Source: Candidatus Woesearchaeota archaeon (GTDB taxonomy: Archaea; Nanobdellota; Nanobdellia; SCGC-AAA011-G17; CAYFGV01). From it: a stretch of 64,000 bases of DNA. The position numbers and the translations under genes were made by a program. The stretch lies in assembly GCA_964452525.1 (NCBI GenBank), contig CAYVLZ010000005.1:6979-70978 (forward strand). The letters run 5' to 3'. The notes under the pieces were generated by a model, which saw only the letters and a program-made list of their open reading frames with translations, did not search any database and had not been told where the DNA came from. Positions 1 to 8,711 of the stretch are shown here, piece by piece; within the stretch, counting starts at the first letter, position 1, and every line of letters starts with the position of its first letter.

Positions 1-740
1 GATTTAGATTTTTTAGCTATTGTTGCAGCCTGCTCTGCTGTTAAGTGTCCATATTCTTTTGCTAATTTTTCTAGCTCTGAAAGGAAAGTGGCTTCTGTTA
101 TTAGAATATCTGAATTTTTAGCTAACTTTATTGCATTTTGACAGAGTCTGGTATCTAATATTATAGATATTTTTTTACCTTTTTTAATTTTTGTAGCTTT
201 GGCTGCGGGTATTCTTTTGCCTTTGTATGTAACGTTTTGGCCTTTTTGTAATTTTCCAAGTAAGGGATGATTTTTTAAGCCAAATTTCTTAACGTAGTTG
301 AGATCAATTTTTCTTTTGTCTTTTTCTACGAAAGAATATCCAAGACACTTAGTTAGATGGTCTAGATAATATGATTCAAGTTGGAACTCTTTGTTTTCAA
401 AGAATTTTCCTTGTTTTTTAATCTCTGTTGTTTTTACATCTAATCTTCTTTCTGGTATGAATACTTTGTGTATTATTTTCATGAAGTTTTTTGTTCCTAT
501 TGGACCATAGATTTCTAAAGTTTTCTTTGTCTTGGTTGATGCTATTGTTTGTAATAATCCAGGCAGTCCGAATACGTGATCCCCGTGCCAGTGTGTGATT
601 AGAATCTTTGTTATCTTTGCTGGAGATATCTTGGCTGTTCTTAATTGCCTCTGAGTTCCTTCTGCACAATCCACGAGTATATTTTCATTCTTGTAATTAA
701 TTAAAATTGCAGAAGGATTTCTTTCTTTTGTTGGGAACAT
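1..740 (-). CDS. rnz: Ribonuclease Z (tRNA 3' endonuclease), partial; the C-terminus lies beyond the window start
   Basis: Minus-strand frame is open from the ATG at 738-740 to the window edge and is not in the ORF track because there is no stop. N-terminus reads MFPTKERNPSAILINYKNENILVDCAEGTQRQL...ITHWHGDHVFGLPGLLQT, with the metallo-beta-lactamase HxHxDH motif typical of tRNase Z. The listed 418..669 ORF is a different frame. Confidence 0.75.
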   Translation of the reverse strand, partial: MFPTKERNPSAILINYKNENILVDCAEGTQRQLRTAKISPAKITKILITHWHGDHVFGLPGLLQTIASTKTKKTLEIYGPIGTKNFMKIIHKVFIPERRLDVKTTEIKKQGKFFENKEFQLESYYLDHLTKCLGYSFVEKDKRKIDLNYVKKFGLKNHPLLGKLQKGQNVTYKGKRIPAAKATKIKKGKKISIILDTRLCQNAIKLAKNSDILITEATFLSELEKLAKEYGHLTAEQAATIAKKSK

Positions 741-819
741 GGTTCCTGTTCCAAGGAATATAATTTTCATATCTTTCTTCAGAGAAAGTTTTTTAAATAG
801 TTTACGCTTTAATTTTCTA

Positions 820-1371
820 ATGGCTAAGAAGAAACAGAAAGGTAAAAATAAGAAATTTGATATAATGTTTAGTGGAGAGAGAATCATTGCCGAAGATAGA
901 GGGGAAGCTACTGAATTGTATAATCAGGGGAGATTTGGAGAGTTAAAAGAAGGAAAAATTCAGTATAGTCTTGTTGAGGCCCTATTTCTTTTAGAAAAAG
1001 AAAGAGCTAAGATTTTAGATGGTAGAAAGAAACAACTAGATTTTGAAAGTTTTATTAGGAAAGCTAAGAGATATGAACCAAGGTTTTGGGTGAAATATTG
1101 TGTCTATAGAGATATGAGAAGTAGGGGGTATATTGTTAAAACTGCTTTGAAATTTGGAGCAGATTTTAGAGTTTATGACAGGGGTGTTAAGCCAGGAGAA
1201 GATCATGCTCGTTGGGTTCTTTATCCTGTTCATGAAAGCGAGGTAATGACCTGGTATGATTTTGCTGCCAAGAATAGAGTTGCACACAGTACTAGGAAGA
1301 GACTTTTACTTGGGATAGTTGATGATGAAAATGATTGTACTTTCTATGAGGTTGCTTGGACTAGGCCCTAA
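820..1371 (+). CDS. endA: tRNA-splicing (intron) endonuclease EndA, homotetramer-type, about 183 aa
   Basis: The ORF track gives 739..1371. The in-frame MAKKKQ at 820 avoids overlapping the rnz start. Motifs: YRDMRSRGYIVKTALKFGADFRVYDRG and HARWVLYPV (catalytic Tyr/His/Lys region of archaeal EndA). Confidence 0.85.
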   Translation: MAKKKQKGKNKKFDIMFSGERIIAEDRGEATELYNQGRFGELKEGKIQYSLVEALFLLEKERAKILDGRKKQLDFESFIRKAKRYEPRFWVKYCVYRDMRSRGYIVKTALKFGADFRVYDRGVKPGEDHARWVLYPVHESEVMTWYDFAAKNRVAHSTRKRLLLGIVDDENDCTFYEVAWTRP

Positions 1372-1407
1372 GAAAAGTATTTTATAGTTGTGGTAGTTAC
1401 TTGAATC

Positions 1408-2262
1408 ATGCGAGAAAATAAATCAAAAATTCTAGAGTATATAAGGTTGAACAGTCCTGTGTTGCCTGTACAAGTTTCTAAATATATTGGCACAAATATT
1501 ATCATGGCGGGGGCTTTATTATCAGAGCTTGTTAGAGATAAACAAGTAAGGATCACTAAGGTTAAGAGCGGAGGAAGCCCTTTTTATTACATTCCTGGAC
1601 AAGAGTCTAGGTTACAAAAATTGGTTAGTTTTTTGCCTCAGAAGGAAAAAGAGATTTGTGAGATTTTAAGAAATAAGAAGGTTATCAGAGATAAGACTTC
1701 GGAGCCTTGGCAGAGGGTGGCTTTGAGGTCTGTAACAGATTTTGCGATTCCTTTGCAGGTGACTTCTGATCATGGGGAAGAAATATTTTGGAAGTGGTAT
1801 CTGGTTGATAATTCTGATATTAAAGATATTGTTGATGATATTATTGGTAATAGAAAAGAAATAAAAGAAGAAAAGAAGGATGTTAAAAAAGAAAGTGAAA
1901 TTCAGAAGCCTTTAGTTAAAGAAGAAAAGAAGAAAGTTGAATATGCAGGAGATGATTTCTTTGATTTGTTAAAAAATTATTTTTCTAATAGCAAAATCTA
2001 TGTTGAAAGAGAAGAGATAATCAGAAAGAACAGAGAATTTAGCTTTGTTGTTAAAATTCCTTCTAAGATTGGGTTGTTGAAGTATTTCGTTAAGGCTAGA
2101 AATAAGAAGAGTATTAGTGATGCTGATTTAAGTTTAGCTTATAGTGAGGGGCAACAGGTAAAGTTGCCAGTTCTGTTTTTAACCAATGGAAAATTGACTA
2201 AAAAGGCAGAAAAATACCTAGAAGATAGATTAAAAGGTCAGTTGGTGTTTAAACAAATTTAA
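1408..2262 (+). CDS. Hypothetical DNA-binding protein: N-terminal winged-helix-like domain, K/E-rich linker, conserved C-terminal domain
   Basis: 284-aa ORF. Features are an N-terminal wH-like region, a lysine/glutamate-rich low-complexity linker (KEEKKDVKKESEIQKPLVKEEKKKVE) and a C-terminal globular segment. No confident family assignment. Confidence 0.4.
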   Translation: MRENKSKILEYIRLNSPVLPVQVSKYIGTNIIMAGALLSELVRDKQVRITKVKSGGSPFYYIPGQESRLQKLVSFLPQKEKEICEILRNKKVIRDKTSEPWQRVALRSVTDFAIPLQVTSDHGEEIFWKWYLVDNSDIKDIVDDIIGNRKEIKEEKKDVKKESEIQKPLVKEEKKKVEYAGDDFFDLLKNYFSNSKIYVEREEIIRKNREFSFVVKIPSKIGLLKYFVKARNKKSISDADLSLAYSEGQQVKLPVLFLTNGKLTKKAEKYLEDRLKGQLVFKQI

Positions 2263-2300
2263 TCGTAACCTTTAAATATAAGACTATTAATGTTTAATGT

Positions 2301-2531
2301 ATGGTGAAAAGAGGTAAGGAAGTATCTGATAGAGTGGTAATTATTCTTGTTATCGTTGCTGTTGTTGTTTCCATAGTTGGTACTTATTTAGTTTATACTA
2401 ATGCTACAGATATTGCTAAATCTAGACAACAATTGCTAATTCAGGAAAATGTTGGAGAAACTAATTCTGAAGGACAAGTGGGTCTAGTTGTAAACCCTCA
2501 ACCTAGAGAGGAAGGTGAAGGCGGTGGCTAG
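2301..2531 (+). CDS. Small membrane-anchored protein (N-terminal basic segment plus one TM)
   Basis: MVKRGKEVSDRVVIILVIVAVVVSIVGTYLVY; possibly a class-III-like signal. Overlaps the next gene by 17 nt. Confidence 0.4.
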   Translation: MVKRGKEVSDRVVIILVIVAVVVSIVGTYLVYTNATDIAKSRQQLLIQENVGETNSEGQVGLVVNPQPREEGEGGG

Positions 2532-3216
2532 AAGAAAAAGAAGAGAAATTAGAGAGCATCATGGAATATCTAATAATACTTTATTAATGTTAATAGTTAT
2601 TGCTATAGCTGTTTCTATTGTTGGAACATGGACTAGCTTAAGTAGATTAGCTCCATTGACTGGGGCTGTTGGATTAACTGGTCAAGCTAATGTAAGTGTC
2701 GGATCATTTACAGCTGTTAATTTTACTCGTGATAATATAACTTGGGGAGAAGGTGTTGTTAACGATGGGGATAGTTTTGCTGTTTTGAATACAAGTGATG
2801 GGGTGGTTGGAGGTAATTGGTCTCAAGTTGCTTATGGTTCTGGGAAAGGCTTTTTAATTAGGAATAATGGTAATATTAATGTTAGTTTGGATCTTTTATC
2901 TAGTACTGATGCTGCAACCATGATTGGTGGCGGTTCCCCTGAGTTGATGTGGAATGTTAGTCAGAATGAGGCGGGAAGTTGTACGAATAGTAGTTACGGT
3001 TGGTTGGAACCACAACAAGAGGTAGATGATTCAGAGTGGAGTTTATCAGAGTATCAGGATGTAAATACGACTAGTCCAGGTTCTAGAGTATGTTATGTAT
3101 TTCCTTTTAATAATGATTATGATGAGATAAGGGTAGATGTTCATATGAAGATACCTTCTGATTCTTTAAAAGGAGAATTAACAGCCATATTCACAGCTAC
3201 AGCAACAGCTTTGTAG
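2515..3216 (+). CDS. Secreted/membrane-anchored Gly/Asn/Ser/Thr-rich surface protein
   Basis: N-terminal hydrophobic anchor LLMLIVIAIAVSIVGTWTSL (alternative start M at 2587). Many N-x-S/T sequons (NVSV, NFTR, NITW, NTSD, NWSQ, NVSL, NVSQ, NSSY, NTTS). Confidence 0.5.
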   Translation: MKAVARRKRREIREHHGISNNTLLMLIVIAIAVSIVGTWTSLSRLAPLTGAVGLTGQANVSVGSFTAVNFTRDNITWGEGVVNDGDSFAVLNTSDGVVGGNWSQVAYGSGKGFLIRNNGNINVSLDLLSSTDAATMIGGGSPELMWNVSQNEAGSCTNSSYGWLEPQQEVDDSEWSLSEYQDVNTTSPGSRVCYVFPFNNDYDEIRVDVHMKIPSDSLKGELTAIFTATATAL

Positions 3217-3253
3217 TTTAATAGAAAAATATATAATGCAGTAAAACAGGTTT

Positions 3254-4375
3254 TTGATTATGAGATTGTTTATCTTAATAGTAATGTCTATTTTGATCTT
3301 TATTCCCTTCGTTAGTTCCATAGGTGTTACTCCTTCTAAAGCAGAATACGATTTTGTACCCAATTTACATGAAACAACTAAGTTTACAGTTTTTTCTGAG
3401 TCCGAAGTAGAGGTTTATGTTACCGGTGGTCTTAAAGATTATATTACTCTGAATAAGGATAAACTTCCTATCGGAGGTGGAAACGTCATAGTTGATATAA
3501 GTCTTCCTGCTGAGATGTCAAGACCGGGCATTCATAAAGCAATTATAGGATTTAGATCTGCTGGTAGTGGGGGCCAAATTGGTTCTATAGCGGCTGTTCA
3601 AGCACCTGTAATAGTTAGAGTTCCTTATCCTGGTCCTTATATAGAATCTAGTATGGAAGTAGATAATGTAAGAGTCGGGGAGACTGTAAAGTTTTTAGCT
3701 TCTTTAATTAATTATGGTGATCAGGAAAGTGGCACTATTAATCTTGATGCTGTTGTCTATGATTTGGAATATAATCTTGTTGGTAGTACTTCTGGAAGCA
3801 CTGGTTCTTTAGATCCAAAGGAATCTAGGAAGGTTGCACTCGATTGGTATTCTGTAGATGTTCCCGAGGGAGAATATTTAGTTAATTTGACGGTCGATTA
3901 TGATGGTAATCTGGCTTTTGCTCATGCTCCTTTTAGAATTGGGGACGTTTTAATTAAAATAGAAAAAATTAACGGCACCGAACTTAAAAAAGGAGAAATA
4001 AATATTGTAACCATAAAAGCAAAAAGTTATTGGAATGAAATCATTGAAGGAGTTTATGCTCAACTGGAGTTTGAGGTTGATGGAGATCCTGTAATTGTTA
4101 AGAGTGAATCCCGGGATTTTGATACTTGGAAGGCTTACGATTTTGATTTGTATGTTGATGCTACTGATTTGCAAGTCGGAGATTATAAGGGAATTGCTAA
4201 AGTCATATATAATGATAAAATAGCTGAAGAATCTGTAAAACTATCTGTTAATAAAAATTTTTTAAGCAGTCTGATTTCTACACAATCCATTCTAATATTT
4301 GCTATAACTATCCTAATATTAATAAACTTGAATAATTATCTTAAGAGAAGAAATAGGAAGAAGAAAGTAAAATGA
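3254..4375 (+). CDS. Surface protein with N-terminal signal peptide and C-terminal TM anchor (CARDB/adhesin-like beta-domains)
   Basis: N-terminus MIMRLFILIVMSILIFIPFVSSIG; C-terminus SSLISTQSILIFAITILILINL followed by a KRRNRKKKVK tail. Confidence 0.55.
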   Translation: MIMRLFILIVMSILIFIPFVSSIGVTPSKAEYDFVPNLHETTKFTVFSESEVEVYVTGGLKDYITLNKDKLPIGGGNVIVDISLPAEMSRPGIHKAIIGFRSAGSGGQIGSIAAVQAPVIVRVPYPGPYIESSMEVDNVRVGETVKFLASLINYGDQESGTINLDAVVYDLEYNLVGSTSGSTGSLDPKESRKVALDWYSVDVPEGEYLVNLTVDYDGNLAFAHAPFRIGDVLIKIEKINGTELKKGEINIVTIKAKSYWNEIIEGVYAQLEFEVDGDPVIVKSESRDFDTWKAYDFDLYVDATDLQVGDYKGIAKVIYNDKIAEESVKLSVNKNFLSSLISTQSILIFAITILILINLNNYLKRRNRKKKVK

Positions 4376-4785
4376 AAATAAGAAATATTGTTATCCTTTT
4401 GTTTTTTGTTTTGGTATCTTCTGTCTTTTTAGGCATCTTGTTTTCTAATTTGTTGCTTGTTGATTATACTGAGGTGGATGCTTATCTCACTGTAGGATCT
4501 CATTTAGGTTTTAATCTTGATTCAGATGCTTTATATCTGGGAACGGTTCTTCCCGGTTTTAGTGGCAATAGGGATTTAGTAGTGAATAATGAAGACTGTA
4601 GTAAATGCAAAGTAAACATCAGATCTGAAGGAGATTTGTCTCGGTGGTTGGTTATATCCAATAATAATTTTGTAATAAGAGAGGGGGAAGAGAGAAAAGT
4701 TAATGTTGCGGTATTTGTTCCTCAGGATGCAGAGTTTGGGAATTATACTGCTAAGATAAAGATATACTTTTGGAAAACTTTTTAA
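4372..4785 (+). CDS. Small secreted protein (signal peptide), start overlaps the previous stop
   Basis: MKIRNIVILLFFVLVSSVFLGILFS signal/anchor; ATGA overlap with the upstream gene. Confidence 0.45.
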   Translation: MKIRNIVILLFFVLVSSVFLGILFSNLLLVDYTEVDAYLTVGSHLGFNLDSDALYLGTVLPGFSGNRDLVVNNEDCSKCKVNIRSEGDLSRWLVISNNNFVIREGEERKVNVAVFVPQDAEFGNYTAKIKIYFWKTF

Positions 4786-4808
4786 AATTGAAAAGCTGGT
4801 GAATATCT

Positions 4809-5987
4809 ATGTTTAGGATTAGAAATGATATCATTGCCGTTCTTGTATTCTTACTTATGATTGCTTCTTTGAGTACCATGACTATTATTTCTTATAGAGC
4901 ACAGGAATCTTTAATTAGTGGAGATGTTTCTGGGACGATAAGTTTGAAAGTAGGTGAAACCGGCGTTACTCCGACCGAAGAACCCGGTCCCGGGGGTCCG
5001 GGTGGCGGAGGAGGGGGAGGAGGTCCAGCTACTACTGCTTCAAGATCCGATTTTACAGTGACTCCAGATTTCACTAAAGTCAATTTGATACCTGGTCAAA
5101 CTTCTAGAGCATCTTTAGCTATAACAAATACAGGCGAAACTTTATTATCATTTGGCTTGAAAGTTAATATTCTAGATGCTTATGTTACTGTAGATGAGGA
5201 TAGTTTTTCTCTTTCACCTGGCGAATCTAAGACTATTTATCTGGATTTTAAAATACCTTTAGAAATCCCTTTAGACGTCTATTCTGGAGAATTAATAATT
5301 AGTACTAAGGAGATTACCAAGAAGATTCCTATTGTGATTGATGTTGAATCTAAGGATACGCTTTTAGATTTAAAAGTCACAATACCTGAAGAATTTAAGA
5401 AAGTCAAAGCTGGAGAAACCGTTTATGCTAGGATATCTTTGTTTAATTTAATAGACGAACCTATTAACATTGAATTATATTATGCTATTAAAGATACTAA
5501 TAATAATATTGTTAACTCGGGTACAGAGAGGATTGTTCTGAATGATACTTTGGTTTTAAGCAAGGGTCTGGCTATTAATGGAGCTACTGGAGATTATATT
5601 TTTTATTCTAAAGTAACTTATAAGGGAAAAACTGCTGTAGATAGTGATGTCTTTGAGTTGGTCAGTGAGATAGTTAGTCCGAGATTAAGGATATCTGGTG
5701 TTTATATTTATGCTGGACTTTTTTTAGTATTAATTATTTTACTTTTAATAACATACCAACATAGGAAGTTAAAGAATCTGGAGAAAGGGCAGTCTAGAAA
5801 GTTGAGTACGATGTATAGCAGATATAAGAAGGAGAAAAAAACTATTGAGAATAAGAATTCTATGAAAGATAAATTAGAGAAACAAAAAACTTTATTAGAA
5901 AAAGCTTACAAGGGAGGACATATAGGTAGGAGTGCTTATATCAAAGGTAGAAGTAAGATTAATAATATTCTTGGTAAGATTAAATAG
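4809..5987 (+). CDS. Surface protein: N-terminal anchor, poly-Gly linker, CARDB-like domains, C-terminal TM and coiled-coil cytoplasmic tail
   Basis: PGPGGPGGGGGGGGP tract; ASLAITNTGETLLSF (CARDB-like strand); C-terminal TM GLFLVLIILLLITY followed by a K/E-rich tail. Confidence 0.5.
   Translation: MFRIRNDIIAVLVFLLMIASLSTMTIISYRAQESLISGDVSGTISLKVGETGVTPTEEPGPGGPGGGGGGGGPATTASRSDFTVTPDFTKVNLIPGQTSRASLAITNTGETLLSFGLKVNILDAYVTVDEDSFSLSPGESKTIYLDFKIPLEIPLDVYSGELIISTKEITKKIPIVIDVESKDTLLDLKVTIPEEFKKVKAGETVYARISLFNLIDEPINIELYYAIKDTNNNIVNSGTERIVLNDTLVLSKGLAINGATGDYIFYSKVTYKGKTAVDSDVFELVSEIVSPRLRISGVYIYAGLFLVLIILLLITYQHRKLKNLEKGQSRKLSTMYSRYKKEKKTIENKNSMKDKLEKQKTLLEKAYKGGHIGRSAYIKGRSKINNILGKIK
4985..5026 (+). 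repeat. G-rich low-complexity tract encoding PGPGGPGGGGGGGGP
   Basis: ggtcccgggggtccgggtggcggaggagggggaggaggtcc inside the 4809..5987 CDS; stands out in an approximately 30% GC genome. Confidence 0.8.
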
Positions 5988-6047
5988 AAAAGAGTAACAT
6001 TTATAAATGTGGAAGTTTAAAACTTTTTAAAAAGAGGTTGTTGATAG

Positions 6048-6347
6048 ATGGTTAAAAAGTCTAAGAGAAAAAAAGCATTACTTTCTGAGGCTTTGACGGA
6101 TATTTCTAAAGAAATTACCAAATTAAAAAGAGAGAAGATGGAGATTGCTAAGAAATTAAATCAGATAGATGGTACTTTGGTCAATGTTCAGAATAGAGAA
6201 TCTAGGTTGAGAGATAGGATTACTAGATTAATAGCCGAGGAATCTGCTTTAACTAAGAGGAAGAGCACTTCTCAATCAAAGTTACTTAGGTTGAAAGAGA
6301 AGTTAGCTAAAGTAGAGAAAATTAAAGGTGAGTTAAGAGATATTTAA
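6048..6347 (+). CDS. Small coiled-coil protein (hypothetical)
   Basis: 99 aa with heptad-like K/E/L pattern; no recognised motif. Confidence 0.3.
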   Translation: MVKKSKRKKALLSEALTDISKEITKLKREKMEIAKKLNQIDGTLVNVQNRESRLRDRITRLIAEESALTKRKSTSQSKLLRLKEKLAKVEKIKGELRDI

Positions 6348-6929
6348 TACTTCTAATATTCTTTTAAAATTTTTTTCTGTTTGTTCTTTTTTATAATTCT
6401 TTAGATCTTCTTTTAATTTTTTCTTGTTTATTTTTAATTCTTTATTTAATCTATACATTAAGAACTGACAAAATTGCGTAACGTTCTTAGGACTCTTTGT
6501 AATATAACAACGTTCGAAATCGATTAATTTAGGTTCTTTGTCTATAAGTATATGTTTTTCTGGATGTGTGAATTCCTTTTTGTTTATTTTTAATTTATCT
6601 AAGGTTCTACATTTCAGTAAAATATTTTTAATCGCCTTTGTTACCTCTTTTTTGTTTTTTATCCATTCTGATATTGGTTTTCCTTTGACGAATTCATATA
6701 CAATATATTTTTCCCCTGAGAATAGTATCCTGGGTCCTATATTGTATTTATTTATTTTTTTTAGGAAGAGGGCCTCGTTTTTTATTCTATTTTTTGCTTT
6801 GGTTTCTGGTTTCTCTATTTTGATGGCTACTTTTTTATTTTTATATATACCAGTGTAAACTATGGATCTTTTTCCTTTAGAAAAATATTCTATTGTCTTT
6901 ATTTTGTTTTTTACCTTTGGTGGTATCAT
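6333..6929 (-). CDS. Small atypical Ser/Thr protein kinase, Bud32/RIO-like (possible KEOPS Bud32)
   Basis: 198 aa. Gly-rich loop GKRSIVYTG, VAIK lysine (KKVAIKIEK), a catalytic-loop-like HILIDKEPKLIDFERC (DFG-equivalent DFE), and no activation segment. This is the minimal Bud32 architecture. Confidence 0.5.
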   Translation of the reverse strand: MIPPKVKNKIKTIEYFSKGKRSIVYTGIYKNKKVAIKIEKPETKAKNRIKNEALFLKKINKYNIGPRILFSGEKYIVYEFVKGKPISEWIKNKKEVTKAIKNILLKCRTLDKLKINKKEFTHPEKHILIDKEPKLIDFERCYITKSPKNVTQFCQFLMYRLNKELKINKKKLKEDLKNYKKEQTEKNFKRILEVLNIS

Positions 6930-6996
6930 GTTGTTTTTAAATAGAAAGATTTTTAAATAATTTGCCCTTATATTTCTTTAAAAAGAGGCTTATGAA

Positions 6997-8709
6997 ATGA
7001 AAAGGTTATTTATTTTTGTCATGTTGTTTATATTCTTAGCGGTTAATGTTAATGCTCAAGGTAATTTTAGTGTTTCTAAAAGTTTTAATTGGCTTAATGA
7101 TACCATGGATTCTTCCAACTGGAATAGAGACGTTGATGAAATATCGATGGCTATCTTGGCTTTGAGGAGTGGAGGATATGATGTTAGTGGTGGGGTTAAT
7201 AGATTGCTTGAAATGGAAAGTAATGATAACTGGGGGGACATAGATGATACTGCCCTTGCTGTTCTTGCATTGTCTAAGGAAGGACGCGATGTTAGTAAAG
7301 AGATAGAGTGGTTGGTTGATGAGGAGGAAAGAGGAGATTCTGGAGAATGGTTGATACAAATTGTTGCTGGTGGCGAGGGTACTTGTATACTGGAGCATAG
7401 CGGTGGTCAGGAAGAAATAGAAGTTAATGGTACGGAGGTTACTTGTAGGGGAAGTGGAGAAGGCAGTATGTTTGATGTTGTACATTGTATAGGAAGAAGA
7501 TTAGACCCCTATGAAGTTTTGGATATTGACTGTGGAGATGTTGGAGAAGCAGATGTTAATCTGTTGTATAGAGAGAATTTTAATTATTATTTGTTAGATG
7601 ATGATTTGCCTTTAGAAGTTAAAGATGCTTGTTATGATAATTGCAGGTATAGGGATGCTGCTTATGTTGCATGGGTTTTGTATGCAGTTGGAGAGGAAGA
7701 GCATTCTAGTATTTATTTAGATATAAATAGAAATGATAATGTGATAGGACATTCGGTGCTTTCTTTGATAACGAGGGAGAAGATTTATTCTAATTGGTTG
7801 AAAGATAATCAGCAGTTAAGTGGAAGTTGGAATGGGGATGTTACTGATACTGCTTTTGGTTATCTTGCTTTATCTAATGATTTTGAGAGTAGTAATAATT
7901 TGGATGATGCTGAAGATTGGTTTGCTGATGGGGTGGATGAAGATGGCTCTTTTGATCAGGATATTTTTGAAACTGCACTTGTTTTATATGTCTTAAATCC
8001 ACAGCCTGTTGGAACTGGTCCTTTTTGTGGAGATGGTGTTTGTAGTGCGGGAGGTGGAGAAACAATAAATAATTGTCCTAGTGATTGTGGGGTGTGTGGA
8101 GACGGTTTGATAACTTCTCCCGAGGAATGTGAATTCTCTAGTGATTGCTCTAGTTTTGGTTCTGGTTATGTATGTCAAGAATGTTTGTGTGTTCTTCCAG
8201 ATGAGACAGCTTGTACTGCTGATGATGAGTGTATGAATGATTTTGATTGTGAGGTTGGGGAAATTTGTAATACTGATTCATGCCAATGTGAGGTTTCTTC
8301 ATCAGAGGGTTGTTTAAGTGATTCTGATTGTCCTACTGATTATTTATGTAATGCTGTTACAGGAACCTGTGATTATGTGGGTGGAGAAGGCGAGGATGAA
8401 GGAGAAGGAGAGGAAGAGAGTTCAAGCTTCTTAATATGGGCATTTGTTTTGGTTGGATTCTTTGTATTAGCACTTGGTGCTTATTTCTTTTATATGAGGC
8501 GTAAGGGCGGATCTGGTTTAGGAAAGAAGAAGAAACCAGGAAGCTTTGAAGATTTTTTGAAGAAACGTCAACAGAGTAAACCTGCTTCGAGAACCGGTTT
8601 ACAGAGAGTGGCTCCACCTGCTAGGAAGCCTAAGCAATCTTATTCAGCCACGGAAAGGGCTTTGGACGAATCAATTAAGAAAGCTAAAGATCTTATAGGT
8701 AAAAAATAA
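6997..8709 (+). CDS. Secreted surface protein: prenyltransferase/terpene-cyclase-like alpha/alpha repeats, Myxococcus-type Cys-rich repeats, acidic linker, C-terminal TM and basic tail
   Basis: Signal MKRLFIFVMLFIFLAVNVNA. Repeats DDTALAVLAL / TDTAFGYLAL / DIFETALVLYVL. Cys-rich repeats CGDGVCSAGGGETINNCPSDCGVCGDGLITSPEEC. Acidic linker GEGEDEGEGEEE, then TM FLIWAFVLVGFFVLALGAYFF. Confidence 0.5.
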   Translation: MKRLFIFVMLFIFLAVNVNAQGNFSVSKSFNWLNDTMDSSNWNRDVDEISMAILALRSGGYDVSGGVNRLLEMESNDNWGDIDDTALAVLALSKEGRDVSKEIEWLVDEEERGDSGEWLIQIVAGGEGTCILEHSGGQEEIEVNGTEVTCRGSGEGSMFDVVHCIGRRLDPYEVLDIDCGDVGEADVNLLYRENFNYYLLDDDLPLEVKDACYDNCRYRDAAYVAWVLYAVGEEEHSSIYLDINRNDNVIGHSVLSLITREKIYSNWLKDNQQLSGSWNGDVTDTAFGYLALSNDFESSNNLDDAEDWFADGVDEDGSFDQDIFETALVLYVLNPQPVGTGPFCGDGVCSAGGGETINNCPSDCGVCGDGLITSPEECEFSSDCSSFGSGYVCQECLCVLPDETACTADDECMNDFDCEVGEICNTDSCQCEVSSSEGCLSDSDCPTDYLCNAVTGTCDYVGGEGEDEGEGEEESSSFLIWAFVLVGFFVLALGAYFFYMRRKGGSGLGKKKKPGSFEDFLKKRQQSKPASRTGLQRVAPPARKPKQSYSATERALDESIKKAKDLIGKK

Positions 8710-8711
8710 CA

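Noticed and set aside
418-669. 83-aa minus-strand ORF from the track
   Set aside because: It lies in a different frame inside the clearly conserved RNase Z reading frame (HGDH motif frame), so it is spurious.
1408-2262. Possible Mrr-like (PD-(D/E)xK) restriction-endonuclease domain in the C-terminus of the wH protein
   Set aside because: I could not identify a convincing D...(D/E)xK triad in the C-terminal segment; left as hypothetical.
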